Assembly: GCA_051294905.1 (NCBI GenBank)
Contig: CM119372.1
Span: forward strand, 3,598,001 to 3,662,000
Origin: Botryllus schlosseri
Lineage: Eukaryota
Direction of reading: 5' to 3'
DNA: 64,000 nucleotides
Part shown: positions 52,330 through 64,000 of the stretch, one piece after another
How positions within the stretch are numbered: the stretch's first letter is position 1
How the letters are laid out: the number at the start of each line of letters is the position of its first letter
Made by a program: the position numbers and the translations under genes
Notes under the pieces: model-generated
The model's database searches: none
Told to the model about the DNA's origin: nothing
The model's input: the letters and a program-made list of their open reading frames with translations, nothing else

Positions 52330-53759
52330 CATAATACTGTAGGCTATTGATTTTCAGTAATTTTTTTGTCACTTTATATCCTATATCATTAACATTGTCA
52401 TATAATGCATATTGTTATCTGCAAATATTGTTATCTACTGTATACTGTATTGACCCAAAAAATTAGGCAAACAGTTGTTTCCGAGGGCTGATTTCATAAT
52501 ATTTATAGGTATATATTTTAGATTCAACTTAAATTATAATTTAATGCATAGTTTATTTTCAGTGCTGTTTTACATATTGTGCATTCAGGAAGAATCAGCA
52601 TGGCAGAGTTTGATCAAAGCTATATATCTATCGACAATAAAATTGTTTGTTGCAGCATTGGACAGACCGGCCTAGAAGTCATTGCAAGTCAGCTGTAGTT
52701 CCGCAATTCATAACAAGTCGAATCGCCCAGTTTATTCATCCTGGGGGGGGGGGGGGTGCGAACGTTAGCTTACGAACCACCATAAATAAGAAGTTTTTAT
52801 ACTCAGTAAATAAGATGATTTTGTCATATTTCCACCCGCTTTGAAAAACAATGGATTTCCGCGGTATGTGAAGTTCATTAAAAAGATAGAAGAAAAACAA
52901 ACCATTACAAAGATAGAAAAAAAACATACACGGCACAAAGCCGACCTCTCTCTCCGCCGTCTCATGTGATCTGCTCAAAAATTGTACACGTTAGCATTTA
53001 AACAATCTCACGTGAGATACTCAGCGGACGAGGCAACACTAAACATGAGCTGCACCAGTGGTTCTTAACCTAGCCTCCGGCGCCCCCCATGGGGCGCTGG
53101 CGATTTTGAAGGGGGCGTAAACGCTGAGGGGACGCTGGGCTCAGGGGGGCGCTGATGAAAAATGGCTTCGCAGTAGATGATGTAATAGTAGGACATACCC
53201 TTAATGAATATTCAGAGCAAATTACCATTCTACAAAACATGTCAAATCGCGAAATTTTTGGTCGCGCTACTGGGCGACGTTTGCTACATATGTTCTCATA
53301 AATGTAGTGGGTTATTATAACTAATGTAAAATGAATTGTGCGTACTTTTAGATCGCCAATGTCCCGTTAAAACACTACCGTCACGCTTGCTAGGATAATT
53401 TTCAACAAAATGTTTCGAACTAATTTCCTGCAGCGTACAGTGTGTGCAAGTCGAAGAAGGAGGCACTGTATATCACTTTTGAGAGTGAGAGCCCCTTGTA
53501 CATAAAATATAAGATTTGTGCACAAAAGGAATAACTAAATATACTTGTATTTGAGAGCTACAAAATTAAGTCGTCAGAATATTTCTTCATTGTATCATAA
53601 AGGGTGATACTATATCTCGTGTTGTGATTTACAACCTCACATGAACGTTATATAATATGAGTTGCTTTGTTCGGAATACATTCATGTTAAAATTGATAAC
53701 TGGGTTCAGTACTAAATTCGGGTCCCCCGTCACTGTGAAGTTACTTCGGCACGTTTGGA

Positions 53760-56690
53760 GTGGCCGAAGAACTTAGCAGTGACGGGGTACCCGAATTTGC
53801 TGCGCACAGCACTCGGGAAGTTTTTCGAAAATGAGGGGTGCGCCACAGGCTGTCGTCGGCTTACCACTCCAGGGCAAATGGCCGCGCGGAGGCCGCGGTG
53901 AAATCGATGAAACGACACCTTCTCGGCAACATTTCACAGGATGGCAGCATCCGGACCGATGCAATTACTCGGGCATTGCTACAGTTTCGCAATAGCCCCG
54001 ACCCCGCGAACGGACTCTCCCCTACAGAAATAGTATTTGGCAGGACTTTAAAAGATGTGTTGCCGATCAAAGCATGGGTCCCAGTTTTCACCCAGCGCAA
54101 TATATCAGTCCATTATGGAGGAACCTCTGGCAAAGTCGCGAGCACACGTTACGTACCAGATTTGCGAAGCAGCTGGAATCTCTGTCGTTGAACACTAAGC
54201 CATTATCACCGCTTCTTGAAGGTGATTTCTGTCGCATTCAAAACCAAAACGGTCGTTATCCCCTTCGCTGGGACAGAACCGGCACTGTGGTTCAGTGCCG
54301 GGACTATGACCAGTAGGCCTACCTCGTGAAAGTGGACGGTTCCGGCAGATTGACGCTGCGTAACAGGAAATTTCTGCGCAAGATTGAGCCGTACTTACCG
54401 AACCAAAAGCACACATCTTTTCAACCAACGGTCTCGTCTCCCGACACAGCTACGTCACCTCGAGTCGTTTCTCCACCCGCTCTAAGTGGACAGTCAAATG
54501 AGGTAGACCCTGGCGTGCTGAGATCCGCCGAATCAAGTGCACAAGATCAGGGTTGTAATGACTCGACTCGAGTCACGAAATTTTGGTGACTCGAGTCATT
54601 TTCTTGAAAAGGGAAAATGACTCGACTCGAGTCAATATTTGGATTGACTCGACTTGTACTCGAGTCATTACGCATGACTCGACCCAAGTCATTGACTCGG
54701 CATATTTTATATGACTTGAAGATGAAGAAATTTGCGAATCGTACTGGCTAGATCAACGAATATGACGAATTCTGCCGATATCGCTATTTGTCGCCACTGC
54801 TTTCGTTGCACACGTCTGATATCAGATATGCCGCCGTAAAAACAACAGAAAATGGCACATATAGTAGCTATGCATAGTACAAAATCATCCTGTGATGAAG
54901 AGGTAATAGATCCTCCGCAATCAAAGTACTCGAGACTTTTCAATTATACAAGCAAACAATCGAAGCAAAGTTCAATTAGCGCCAATGAAATATGACACAG
55001 ATGGTCAAGTAGGCCTACTTCGAAGAGACTGATAAGCTCATGTGTAGATTTGAAGGCGATGATTCTTTGCATTATTGGGAGACCAGAAATAATGAGTATC
55101 CAATGCTCTTCAATGAGGTTCAAAAATGCTTGTCAATTCCTGTATCTAGTGCACCAGTGGAACGTGTTTCAGTTGATGTGGATTTATTCTAAGGCCATGC
55201 CGCTATAACATATATGAGGATCTCCTTTCCACTTTAGTATTTTTGAATTGTAACTCATCATTGGTTTGATCTGCTGTCAGTGAAAACACACAATACACTC
55301 CGTCCATTTGACGTGTTGTTAGGTATGTGCATTGTGCACGTGAATAATAATGAATGGCTAATGTTGTGTGATGTTTGTACAATAGGGTTGTTCAAAAATA
55401 ACTTCTTATTTATTTTACTGGGTGGCTACTTGGTAAAATTGTTATGTTGCATGGAAAGAACACTGAATCTGGCTTAATTTTAAAAAGTACAATCAATGAT
55501 ATGAGAGGAGAAAATTTTATATTTGAAAATAAAGGGAGTGTTTTCGGTGAGAAATGATTTCATATAATATAATTAGATGCTAGTAGTAATCCGACTATCT
55601 TTTCATATCCAAAATATTCCACTCTAATAAATTCGCTTTTTCTAGTTGGAATTGAGCCAAATTTGCTATGAATCATATTTTTACACAATATAACAATATC
55701 ATGAGGTGGCCGGTAAAATTCGAAAATCTCTATTTGTAGTTAATCCAAAATTTCCTCTCATATTAGTAACGCTCCGGCGGCTATTTCGGGAGCTGAGCAG
55801 AAAAGCTGACCTTTTTTAAGTCAACCACCAGATAATGTGAAAGAAAAACTGTACGTCTACATAAACATGCATCTGTTGATTCTCTATCAGCTGGTATCTA
55901 TAGACGTGAATTCGTTGGTTCTATATCAGATAACATGTAGAATGAATTCGTTGATTCTCTATAAAAGCTATAAGCCAGTTCAGGATTGAAAACATGAGTT
56001 GAACATGACTTCAATACTGTGACTTGGACTCGACTCGAGTCATATAACACTATGACTCGGACTTGAGCCTTCAAACGATGACTTGGACTCGGTGATGAAT
56101 TGAAAATGACTCGAGTCAAAACCGCAAAAGTAAGATTGACTCGTGACTCGGAACAATGTGACTTGGTTACAACCCTGCAGAAGATCATCTACCAGTTGAA
56201 GTACCGATCGACGACACTAAGTGTTACAGCACCGTCTAATGATAGACGCCAGCGCTCGGGCAGAAATATTACTCCGCCAGTATGGCACAAGGACTACGTT
56301 ATTGGGGCACAGATTTTATTTTGATTCCCGCTCCAATCGCCATTAGAGCATTTGGTTGGACGTTCTCTACACGCTGTATTTTGAACTCCTCACTCAATGC
56401 ACGTTGATTTCGTTAGAAGTTGGGGGGATGTGTGATTATCTCTTACTACTATCTCTCTCTCTAGTAGTTTCCCTAAACGCATGGGCGATCTCGTCTTCTT
56501 GTTGTTGTGATTGTGCAACGTGCGTGCATGTATGTATTAGCATCCACGTCTTGTGAGTTGTTGTAGCAATAGGGATTAGGCTAGTCGATGCAACTGTTCT
56601 TTTGTATTTCAGTTTGATCATTTATTACGGTATTTAACCTATGAATAAATGCAAAGCATCCAATTTCCAGTTGACTTACTTAGTCACACA
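53760..56690 (+). mobile_element. Gypsy 3' part: integrase remnant, PPT and 3' LTR (56429-56690)
   Basis: HRLSSAYHSRANGRAEAAVK, ALLQFRNSP..GLSP.E.VFGR, WDRTGTVV, RNRKFLR; PPT agaagttgggggga then LTR TGTGTGA..TCACACA containing AATAAA. Confidence 0.9.
54548..56177 (+). mobile_element. hAT deletion derivative with GACTCGAGTC arrays
   Basis: CAGGGTTGTAA TIR, TSD cacaagat/cagaagat; internal hAT dimerisation-domain remnant YPML..LSIPVSSAPVERV at about 55090-55170. Confidence 0.85.
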
Positions 56691-57804
56691 AAGCACTAAA
56701 ACAAAATCCATAACCATCAATTTTCCCGTATTGCCAATGCCAATCGCAGATGTGAATTCGGGAAGTGTACAACTGTACATCTGGTTCGAACCACAGGATA
56801 TGAGACCGTACCCGATTGTTGTTCTAACAACCTTCATTTGACCCTGAATATACCACATACAATTATTATATGGTTTATCATCGTCGAGCGGTCCTCGAGC
56901 GCGATTAAATCGCAAATTATTTTCAATACTTAAGTCCCGAAAAGACCGACAGGACTTTGACCTCTAACCAGGACCGAAGCTCCTGCAACCCAAACCCCCA
57001 ATCGAGGGGGAATGAGCTCAAAGGGTGCTCTAAATTAGTTCGGTGAATGGAGATAAATTACACATCATGTTTTGACGACTCCCCCACGAAAAAATACGCA
57101 TAATTATAGAAAATAGAAATAGGCATTTCGGCGTCGGCCATTACCACGCCACGATGCACGAAGACATATGAAGTTCCGGCCAATATGGGACCCCGAGAAG
57201 TGTGCCAAAAATATCGTCAGCGAGAAAACCTTCGCCGAATAAGATCGCCCTCATGTTGACCGTAAACTTCGATGTATTAAGTCTAATTGTCCATACGTGC
57301 TTAAATCGCCCGTGCCGAATTGTCATGTCGTCGCAATCTGCACCCCACAGGACAAATAACATCCATCAGAGGAAATTATTTGCCAGTGAAGAAATAGGCT
57401 ACCAGTTTTGAACAGTGTGCCTACCTTAGTTTATTACGTTTATGCGTTTCAATATCTTTTGACTATATAGCGGACAAGAGCTACCAAAATAACAACATGT
57501 AACGAAGTAATTTGTACCAACGGCACGCCCGAATTTGTGTAATTGTTAATTACCTGGCCTTCATTTTCCAAGACAACAGCTCACTCAGTGCTACTGGTAA
57601 TTCTGATTACGTGGGCTGAGAGGATAAAAAGTTTATAGCGACATATATATGCAATTACCACCTATTCATTCATGCATTATAGAAAAATTTGGCGCCTAGG
57701 GGGACCAGGCGACGCAAACTTTGCTGACTATCGAAATCACTCGACGGGGTTCTTGAGGGCAAGCCCCAAGAAGTTTGGTTCACCAGGTTATGGGTGCCCT
57801 AGAT

Positions 57805-59712
57805 CAGTGGTTCTCAACCTTTTTCACCTCGCGGACCGGTAAAATTTCAAAATTGTCTTGCGGACCGATGAACTTTCGAAAATTGAAAGGAAGCCGAAAT
57901 GTAAATATGCAACCGTTTTTTGCAATTATATGGTGCTAGAGAGAGAGTTTTAGAAGGTTTTGATCGTAATAGATTATTATCTTCATGAATCTGCTGAGTC
58001 GGGGTATAATTGCCTTGTCCAGATAAACTTACTACCGCCGAGAGTCGTTTACAGTCTTTCGCGGCGAAGGTCATTGGTTTAACCGACCACGCCAACTCGA
58101 ATAATATTCTTCTCTTTGACAATATCGAGAGAAGACGCGTTTCGGACTCGAACCAAGCACCTTGTCGTGCTACCTTGCTCATTGCTCACTATCACCAGAC
58201 GCAGGCTACTCTGGCAACTACGAATAAAATGCACTGCAGTAAGACACCTTACAGCAGCTATACCGGCCATCCGCAAATCCGGGCCGAAAAAGTACTTCGT
58301 CCACCCACCCCAAAAAAACGTTGGTCTTGGGTTGCCACAGGGCGATGAGCCAAACTTCCGCAGGCTTCGCCCCCGTACCCCACAGCTGGGTGGCTGTTTT
58401 TACCTGTACTTGTGAGCATATTCCTTCTACTCAGTGCAAGCATAGAGAATCTATGTCAGGGGTGGCCGGCCAACCGTATTGCCATTCACAGCCGTGGGGT
58501 TGTCGACAGTTGCACGAAGCGTGAAAAAATTTTCAGATTCGCTGATGAATTTCGTCATTAATATTAGTAGTTTTACATATTACTGATCAAACATTTATCC
58601 TTTCTCAATACATGTGATTTGATTCACCGGTAGAGTTGATGGAGGTTGTGTTTTCGAAAATTTAGGGCAAGTTAGAAATGATGATGCATCGGCTGGGCCA
58701 ATTGTTTTTAGTCACTTTTTTATATGCTGTTATTTTTTACCTCCCATCAGGATTGTCAGTATAGGGAGGAGCACACGATTCCGAGCTGGTATTTCTATAT
58801 GATGCGCATCATTTTCCTCTGCTGTTCGCTTCTGTGGTCTGTACTGTAGGGATCTGATTGCAAAGGACGCTACTATATTTAAAAAGAAAATGATGTCACG
58901 TTGAATCGCGCGGTTCAAGATTAATTAAAATCTCTCGAGAAACCGGGAGTTAATTCGTAAATTCAAATTGCATGTCGATGGCCGCCAACACATACTAACT
59001 GAATTACGTGTCCACGGCCGCAGGTTGGCCACCCCTGGTCTACGTAGCTTAATCACGCCAATAGCAAAAATTTTCGCTCATTCATAACTGAATCGGTGTT
59101 CTCGCTGGCGAGTTTTCGGCACACATTTCCGAGTCCCGTGTTAGCTAAAACTTCATTATGTGTTATTACGCCGTGGCGCGGTGACATCTGACTCCGAAAT
59201 GCCTATTTCTATAAATCACGGAGAAGGTCACCTAATAAGCAAGACGTTTAGTGACGCTAAAACGCGCAAAGTGCGAAAAGAAATTGCAAAATGTTGGAAA
59301 ATTTTTTTTTAAATACGCTATGATATATGCTCACTTGCAAAATAATTTTGGGTCCCTTCTAAGTTCGGCCCTCTCCAATTGTGCGGTTTGGGATGGTCCT
59401 GCACAAAACGAATGAATCGAAAACGAATTATCGCGCAAACTGCACTGTTTAGCGATGAGTCAGCTCGTATATGTTTTGTACTGTCGCTCGCATGTCGTTA
59501 AAAGACATGTCTTGAACTTCAAGTCAAATCGAACATGTTTCTAGGCCTAATCTAACCTCACGAAGTTCTGAATGAGTTTAGAATTTGATGTTTCATTTAT
59601 TTTACCAATGGACAAGCCTTCAACATTGCATCTTGAAATTAAGGTATAAAATTGCAATATGTCTGGCGGACCGGCGGGAATGTCGTCGCGGACCGGCGGT
59701 TGAGAACCACTG
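57805..59712. mobile_element. hAT-type MITE containing a further MITE (58457-59037)
   Basis: CAGTGGTTCTCAACC TIR with GCGGACCGG repeats; perfect TSD ccctagat. Confidence 0.85.
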
Positions 59713-60495
59713 CCCTAGATAATTGTTTTTTTTATGGGGACTGACGAAGTGCTGTTACGGCCCTCCCCCTTACCCATTGTCTTTATGACAGTACTCACAA
59801 TATGGTGTGTGGGGGGGCGCTAGAGCACGATAATTTTTGAAAGGGGGCGCTGGAAGAAACAAGGTTAAGAACCAATGAGCTACACAAAGGCACACGCGGT
59901 CAGTAAGTGTTACGACACAGTGAAAAGTAACGTAATTTTTTAGACAAAGCAACTGATCCCTTCAACTCAGTATTACCAGTTAGCGTATTTGGGAGCCAAA
60001 TTTCGGAATTTTGGCTCATTTTCATGCTGGTTGGCACCGGAACATTGAGTTTGTCACGTTGGCACTTTCGACTTTCTTCAACTATCGCTATGTAAATTTG
60101 TTGTCAGTGCATTGGATCTTATAAAATGCTGTTTACTCGTGCAGCTAAGGAAGTATTTGATGTCAGAATTAGAGAAATATGGAATTGCAGTAGGCATCAA
60201 AGTGACTTATGTCCATTGTCCAGTTTTCAAATTTTGAAGGTCCATTATTAAAACATTTTTTTAAAACATTTTTTCGGCCATATCTTGGCCATATGGTTAT
60301 GTTTATTTCATTAATTCAAACTTAGTCACGGCCAATATATGGCTGAAAGAATATGAAAACTTTACGTAAAGTCAATTTTCTCAAAACGTATAAAATGGAC
60401 ATAACATACTTTGATTCCGCTGCGACGATATAGGTGTCTCACGTCCTATGAATCGTTATCTTGCGTAACCGTACATCGAAATATTAGGTTGCGGG

Positions 60496-60613
60496 CAATC
60501 CTTCCCTCTAATGCTGCGCACGTGCGCAAATGCGCAGTGCTGACACGGGCTCTGCGCACAGAAAATCTAAGTTGCGCACAAAAAATCCGAAGTGATGATT
60601 AGAGGGAACATTG
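60496..60613. mobile_element. 118-bp MITE
   Basis: CAATCCTTCCCTCTAAT / ATTAGAGGGAACATTG termini, TSD gttgcggg; relatives at about 37335-37519 and 48432. Confidence 0.8.
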
Positions 60614-60689
60614 GTTGCGGGCCGCTATATCTGGTGACAACTGCAACAGCCGGTTTGTAATGTTCAATATCCTTCGCCGTCGGGGCTAC

Positions 60690-63600
60690 TAGGGGAGACC
60701 GGGGACCAATGTAAATAGGGGCAATCGTAACAATCGAGCTCACTGCTAGCAGGGACGAGTAATATCCTTGATATTTTTACTGCGCATGCGGTGTCTCCTA
60801 ATATATCCGAAGTTATGTTGAGCTGCAACGCGAAACCCCGGACTAATTTGGAGAAAATGAAATTTTTGACACGTGAGTAAATATTTTCTGGTCTAGAATA
60901 ATTTGTTCAGGCGTATAATACCTCATGTGGTTACAACGTAATATATGCAGCTGGAACAATGTTGCCATAGTCGACCGTGATGGTAGAAAAACTAGGACTG
61001 GCATAACCAGGCAAGTACCATATTAAGACACGAATCATGGTCGAGCGTGTCAGGGGCAATTGTAACACTCTGTTACTTTTGCCCCGTTACAATATGTTTT
61101 CAATGCTGAATATCTTTGTTCATATGTTGGTATAACCATTTATCTACTGCTGATTAATCTTGCAATAGTCAGAAGTTCAATACCAAAACAGATACTGTAT
61201 CTCCTCCATGCCAATTCTAACGTGATCAGTTATCGGTAGCGGCCAATATCGTACATGCATGATGTGAATCTTATGGTCTGGTTCAGGGCTGACCAACCTT
61301 TTCAGCCAAAGGGCCACATTCGATTGACGAACTTTTGCGCGGGCCACCATCCGCGCGAAGCGCGAAAAAATTTTAAAGTTCATAGTAGGGATGGTGTGAA
61401 CCTCTAAAAGGTTCAGGTTCGTGTGAACGCGAACCTTTTTGAAAGGTTCTGTGTGAACACGAACCTGAACCTCATGACGTCACGGGACGTCATATTGCTG
61501 ATTCCAACCTATCCTTCAATGAAATGATAGCCTATATTAATGTACACGATACCTAGCGACGACTCGGGCAACATTACGTCACAAAGCTGAAATACATATT
61601 GACGTTTTAAACGTCGCGAAATGTTTCAATTGGGCAATCACATGATATGATAATCTCATAAAATCAATATCCCCCGTCGCTTTGCCAACAATTTTGACGA
61701 GGACTTACCAGGGAATATAAGGGAAGGAAGGGACGTAGTTTACTTTTGTTCTTGGTGTTCTTGCGGTATATACACCGACTCATGATATACATACACACGA
61801 TCTGCGTATAAGCAGATGCATACCATGAGTACATAATGTGCATATGCCGTCGGGCAAGGAAGATGCAGATATAGCCTTGTAGCACTATTGGGATGACTCG
61901 AGTCATGACTTGACTCAAGTCAGACTCGAGTCACCTTTTTCGTATGACAGATCGGAAAATGTATTCGGCGTCTGAGTATTGCTACAGTGATATTGAGCAG
62001 AGTGTGAAACGGGTTTCTATATACTTGCTACCGATATTACCCCATTGATAAGTTATGCAGCAGATAGCCAACACCTCAATCGCAGCGATTTGGTTTTAAT
62101 GATCCAGTAAACATATGTCAAGATTGACCCCATACGCCTGCTAGATTGATTAGTTAAATAAGCATCATTCGCTGACTACGTAGCTTATTTCATTCGTGAT
62201 GTTTTGTTATTGCGGGTCACGCTCGCAGCAGACTTATATTTACAAACGGAAAGTTGGATATTTGGAGCAAGCTTTTGTACCAAAGCAAGTAAAACTTTTG
62301 AGATTGTCAAGGTACTTGCTCGTTTAGTGTTGATTTTTTATGCCTATAGCGTCATGCATAGAGTGGTCTGCAGTTGAAATGCAATAAATTTGAACCAACG
62401 ATGTTGTAATGACATGAAAATTGTAATAAATGAAAAAGGTTCACAGTGCAGAACCTACCAAGGTTCTGTTGTGAACGCGAACCTCTAAATTTCCGGGGTT
62501 CACACACAGAACGCGAACGTGAACCTCACGTTCACACCATCCCTAGTTCATAGGTCAATAATATTGTCACTTAACTATGTTGCGGGCCTGCTGTATATCG
62601 TTGGGATAAGTTTGCGAAGGCTGGGCTATTCGGCGCATGGACATATCGATATCGAAAGCTGCGATCAACATGCGTTAATCATTTCGTGCCTAGGTTTCAT
62701 AGTCGACGGTCTTACTGCGAGCGCAAACGCAAGGTCGCATATGTTGAACGACACTTGTCTCGTAATCGCGAATATAGTTAAACTCAATCTGATACATTGG
62801 GTGTTCTTCAATTTTCACAAAAGGGCAACAATTTTAAAAACAAGAAATCGAGGGACCACATATTGCGCTAAGCTTGTAGAAAATTTTTACCTTTGATAAA
62901 TCTATCGCAAATTATTCTGCTGTATTGTAGTGTACGAAGATATAGGCTACCAATATGTGAATGGTTGATGGATCTGTCAATGAATCGAAACTGATATTTT
63001 ATTCATCACATCTCAAGTGTTGCGACCAGACTAATAAAATTTTTGGTTGGCCTTGCAAGTTCACAATCTGTGCGATCCATGTTTGATGATATTAGAAATT
63101 TCGGAAATTACCTCGCGGGCCACTCAAAACCATCTCGCGGGCCATGGGTTGGCCGGCCCTGACTCTGGTTATTCAGCGATTTTACAATCCATTCTCATGT
63201 TGATTGACTTTTGGTGTCTCGACTTTGTTGGTCATTTAATAATTTGCCCGTGACTGAACAGCTGAATCCTGACTTTGAGCTTGGCCCACTAAGGCTACAT
63301 TTTGTCATTTGGATGAATGCCATTGGCTTTGATGCCACAGAATGCTCTTTCCTCATTTTTCTGCGCCATCATCGGACCATTCACCAAATGTATTTTACGC
63401 AAGTCGATTTAGCACCTAGCAGGTGACCGAGTGCCCCACCTGATGTGCACGCTGAACAACAGCACCTTTGTAGCAGGAGCCGAACATGTGTTGGGAGATG
63501 AGGGTCCAGTTATAGTTCCTAATAACGACGTTTTCCAAAATTTTCAGTCGCTATAGACAGATTTTAATTTAGAGCCTTACACAAGTTCCCGGAATGACGA

Positions 63601-64000
63601 ATTAATTCATCCGGTTAAAGTCCGGCCATTTTCTAAAGCACCAACTCGAAAAGTCACTATAATTGAAGGAGGCGTGAATCTACCACAGTTACCGACAGTA
63701 AAATCAAAAACCAAAATATTGGAATGAGTCGGAAATCGATGGCGAACAGAAGTGAAAGTAACCCGTTTCAAAAAAGAAAGGATCGAGCTACACAATCACG
63801 ATAAGCATCGACAATAGATGAATCTGACATATGTCTGATTTGTGTTGAACATTTCGACAAGTCTTTCGCGAGTAGATAAATGGATGAAATGAGTTTCTTG
63901 CACATTTTTGACTGATGAAGGATGCACGATGGGTACTGCTGTATTCAGATGCCAAAACTGCGACGGATCGTTGCCTGGTAGCGTCCCAACATTTCTTTAT
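60690..64000 (+). mobile_element. pogo-like transposon remnant with C-terminal PHD-like finger
   Basis: TAGGGGAGACCGGGG terminus; CLICVEHF..W...SC.....GC......FRCQNC at 63820-63965; interrupted by MITEs 61284-63161 and 61386-62545. Confidence 0.55.
61386..62545. mobile_element. hAT-type MITE with GTGAAC/GTTCAC repeats
   Basis: TAGGGATGGTGTGAAC TIR; perfect TSD gttcatag; partial relatives near 5143 and 31688. Confidence 0.85.

Larger units (their letters stand above)
53056..59877 (+). mobile_element. CAGTGGTTCTTAACC-family element expanded to 6.8 kb by nested insertions
   Basis: Family TIRs at both ends; TSD agctgcac/agctacac. Confidence 0.8.

Overview
AT-rich animal (metazoan) genomic DNA with very short 50-70 bp GT-AG introns; an invertebrate such as a tunicate is plausible but cannot be determined from the sequence. 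Most of the window is nested transposon debris: I-clade and CR1/L2-type LINE fragments, Gypsy fragments, a Penelope-like element split by a 9.4 kb LTR element with no visible pol, Kolobok-, CACTA-, Chapaev-, pogo- and P-type DNA elements, and many hAT-type MITEs with 8-bp TSDs. Three things stand out. (1) An intronless 473-aa ORF (50471-51892) with the kinase-fold + KEN ribonuclease architecture of IRE1/RNase L; the kinase is catalytically degenerate, the RNxxxH nuclease motif is intact, and no sensor domain is present. (2) A multi-exon gene of phase-0 RNI-type LRR exons (about 20051-27511), preceded by a probable decayed paralogue. (3) A P-type element (44891-49808) whose intron-rich transposase stops short, while a convergent second gene resembles the usual P-transposase C-terminal region. 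All family assignments come from motif recognition by eye; no database searches were run.
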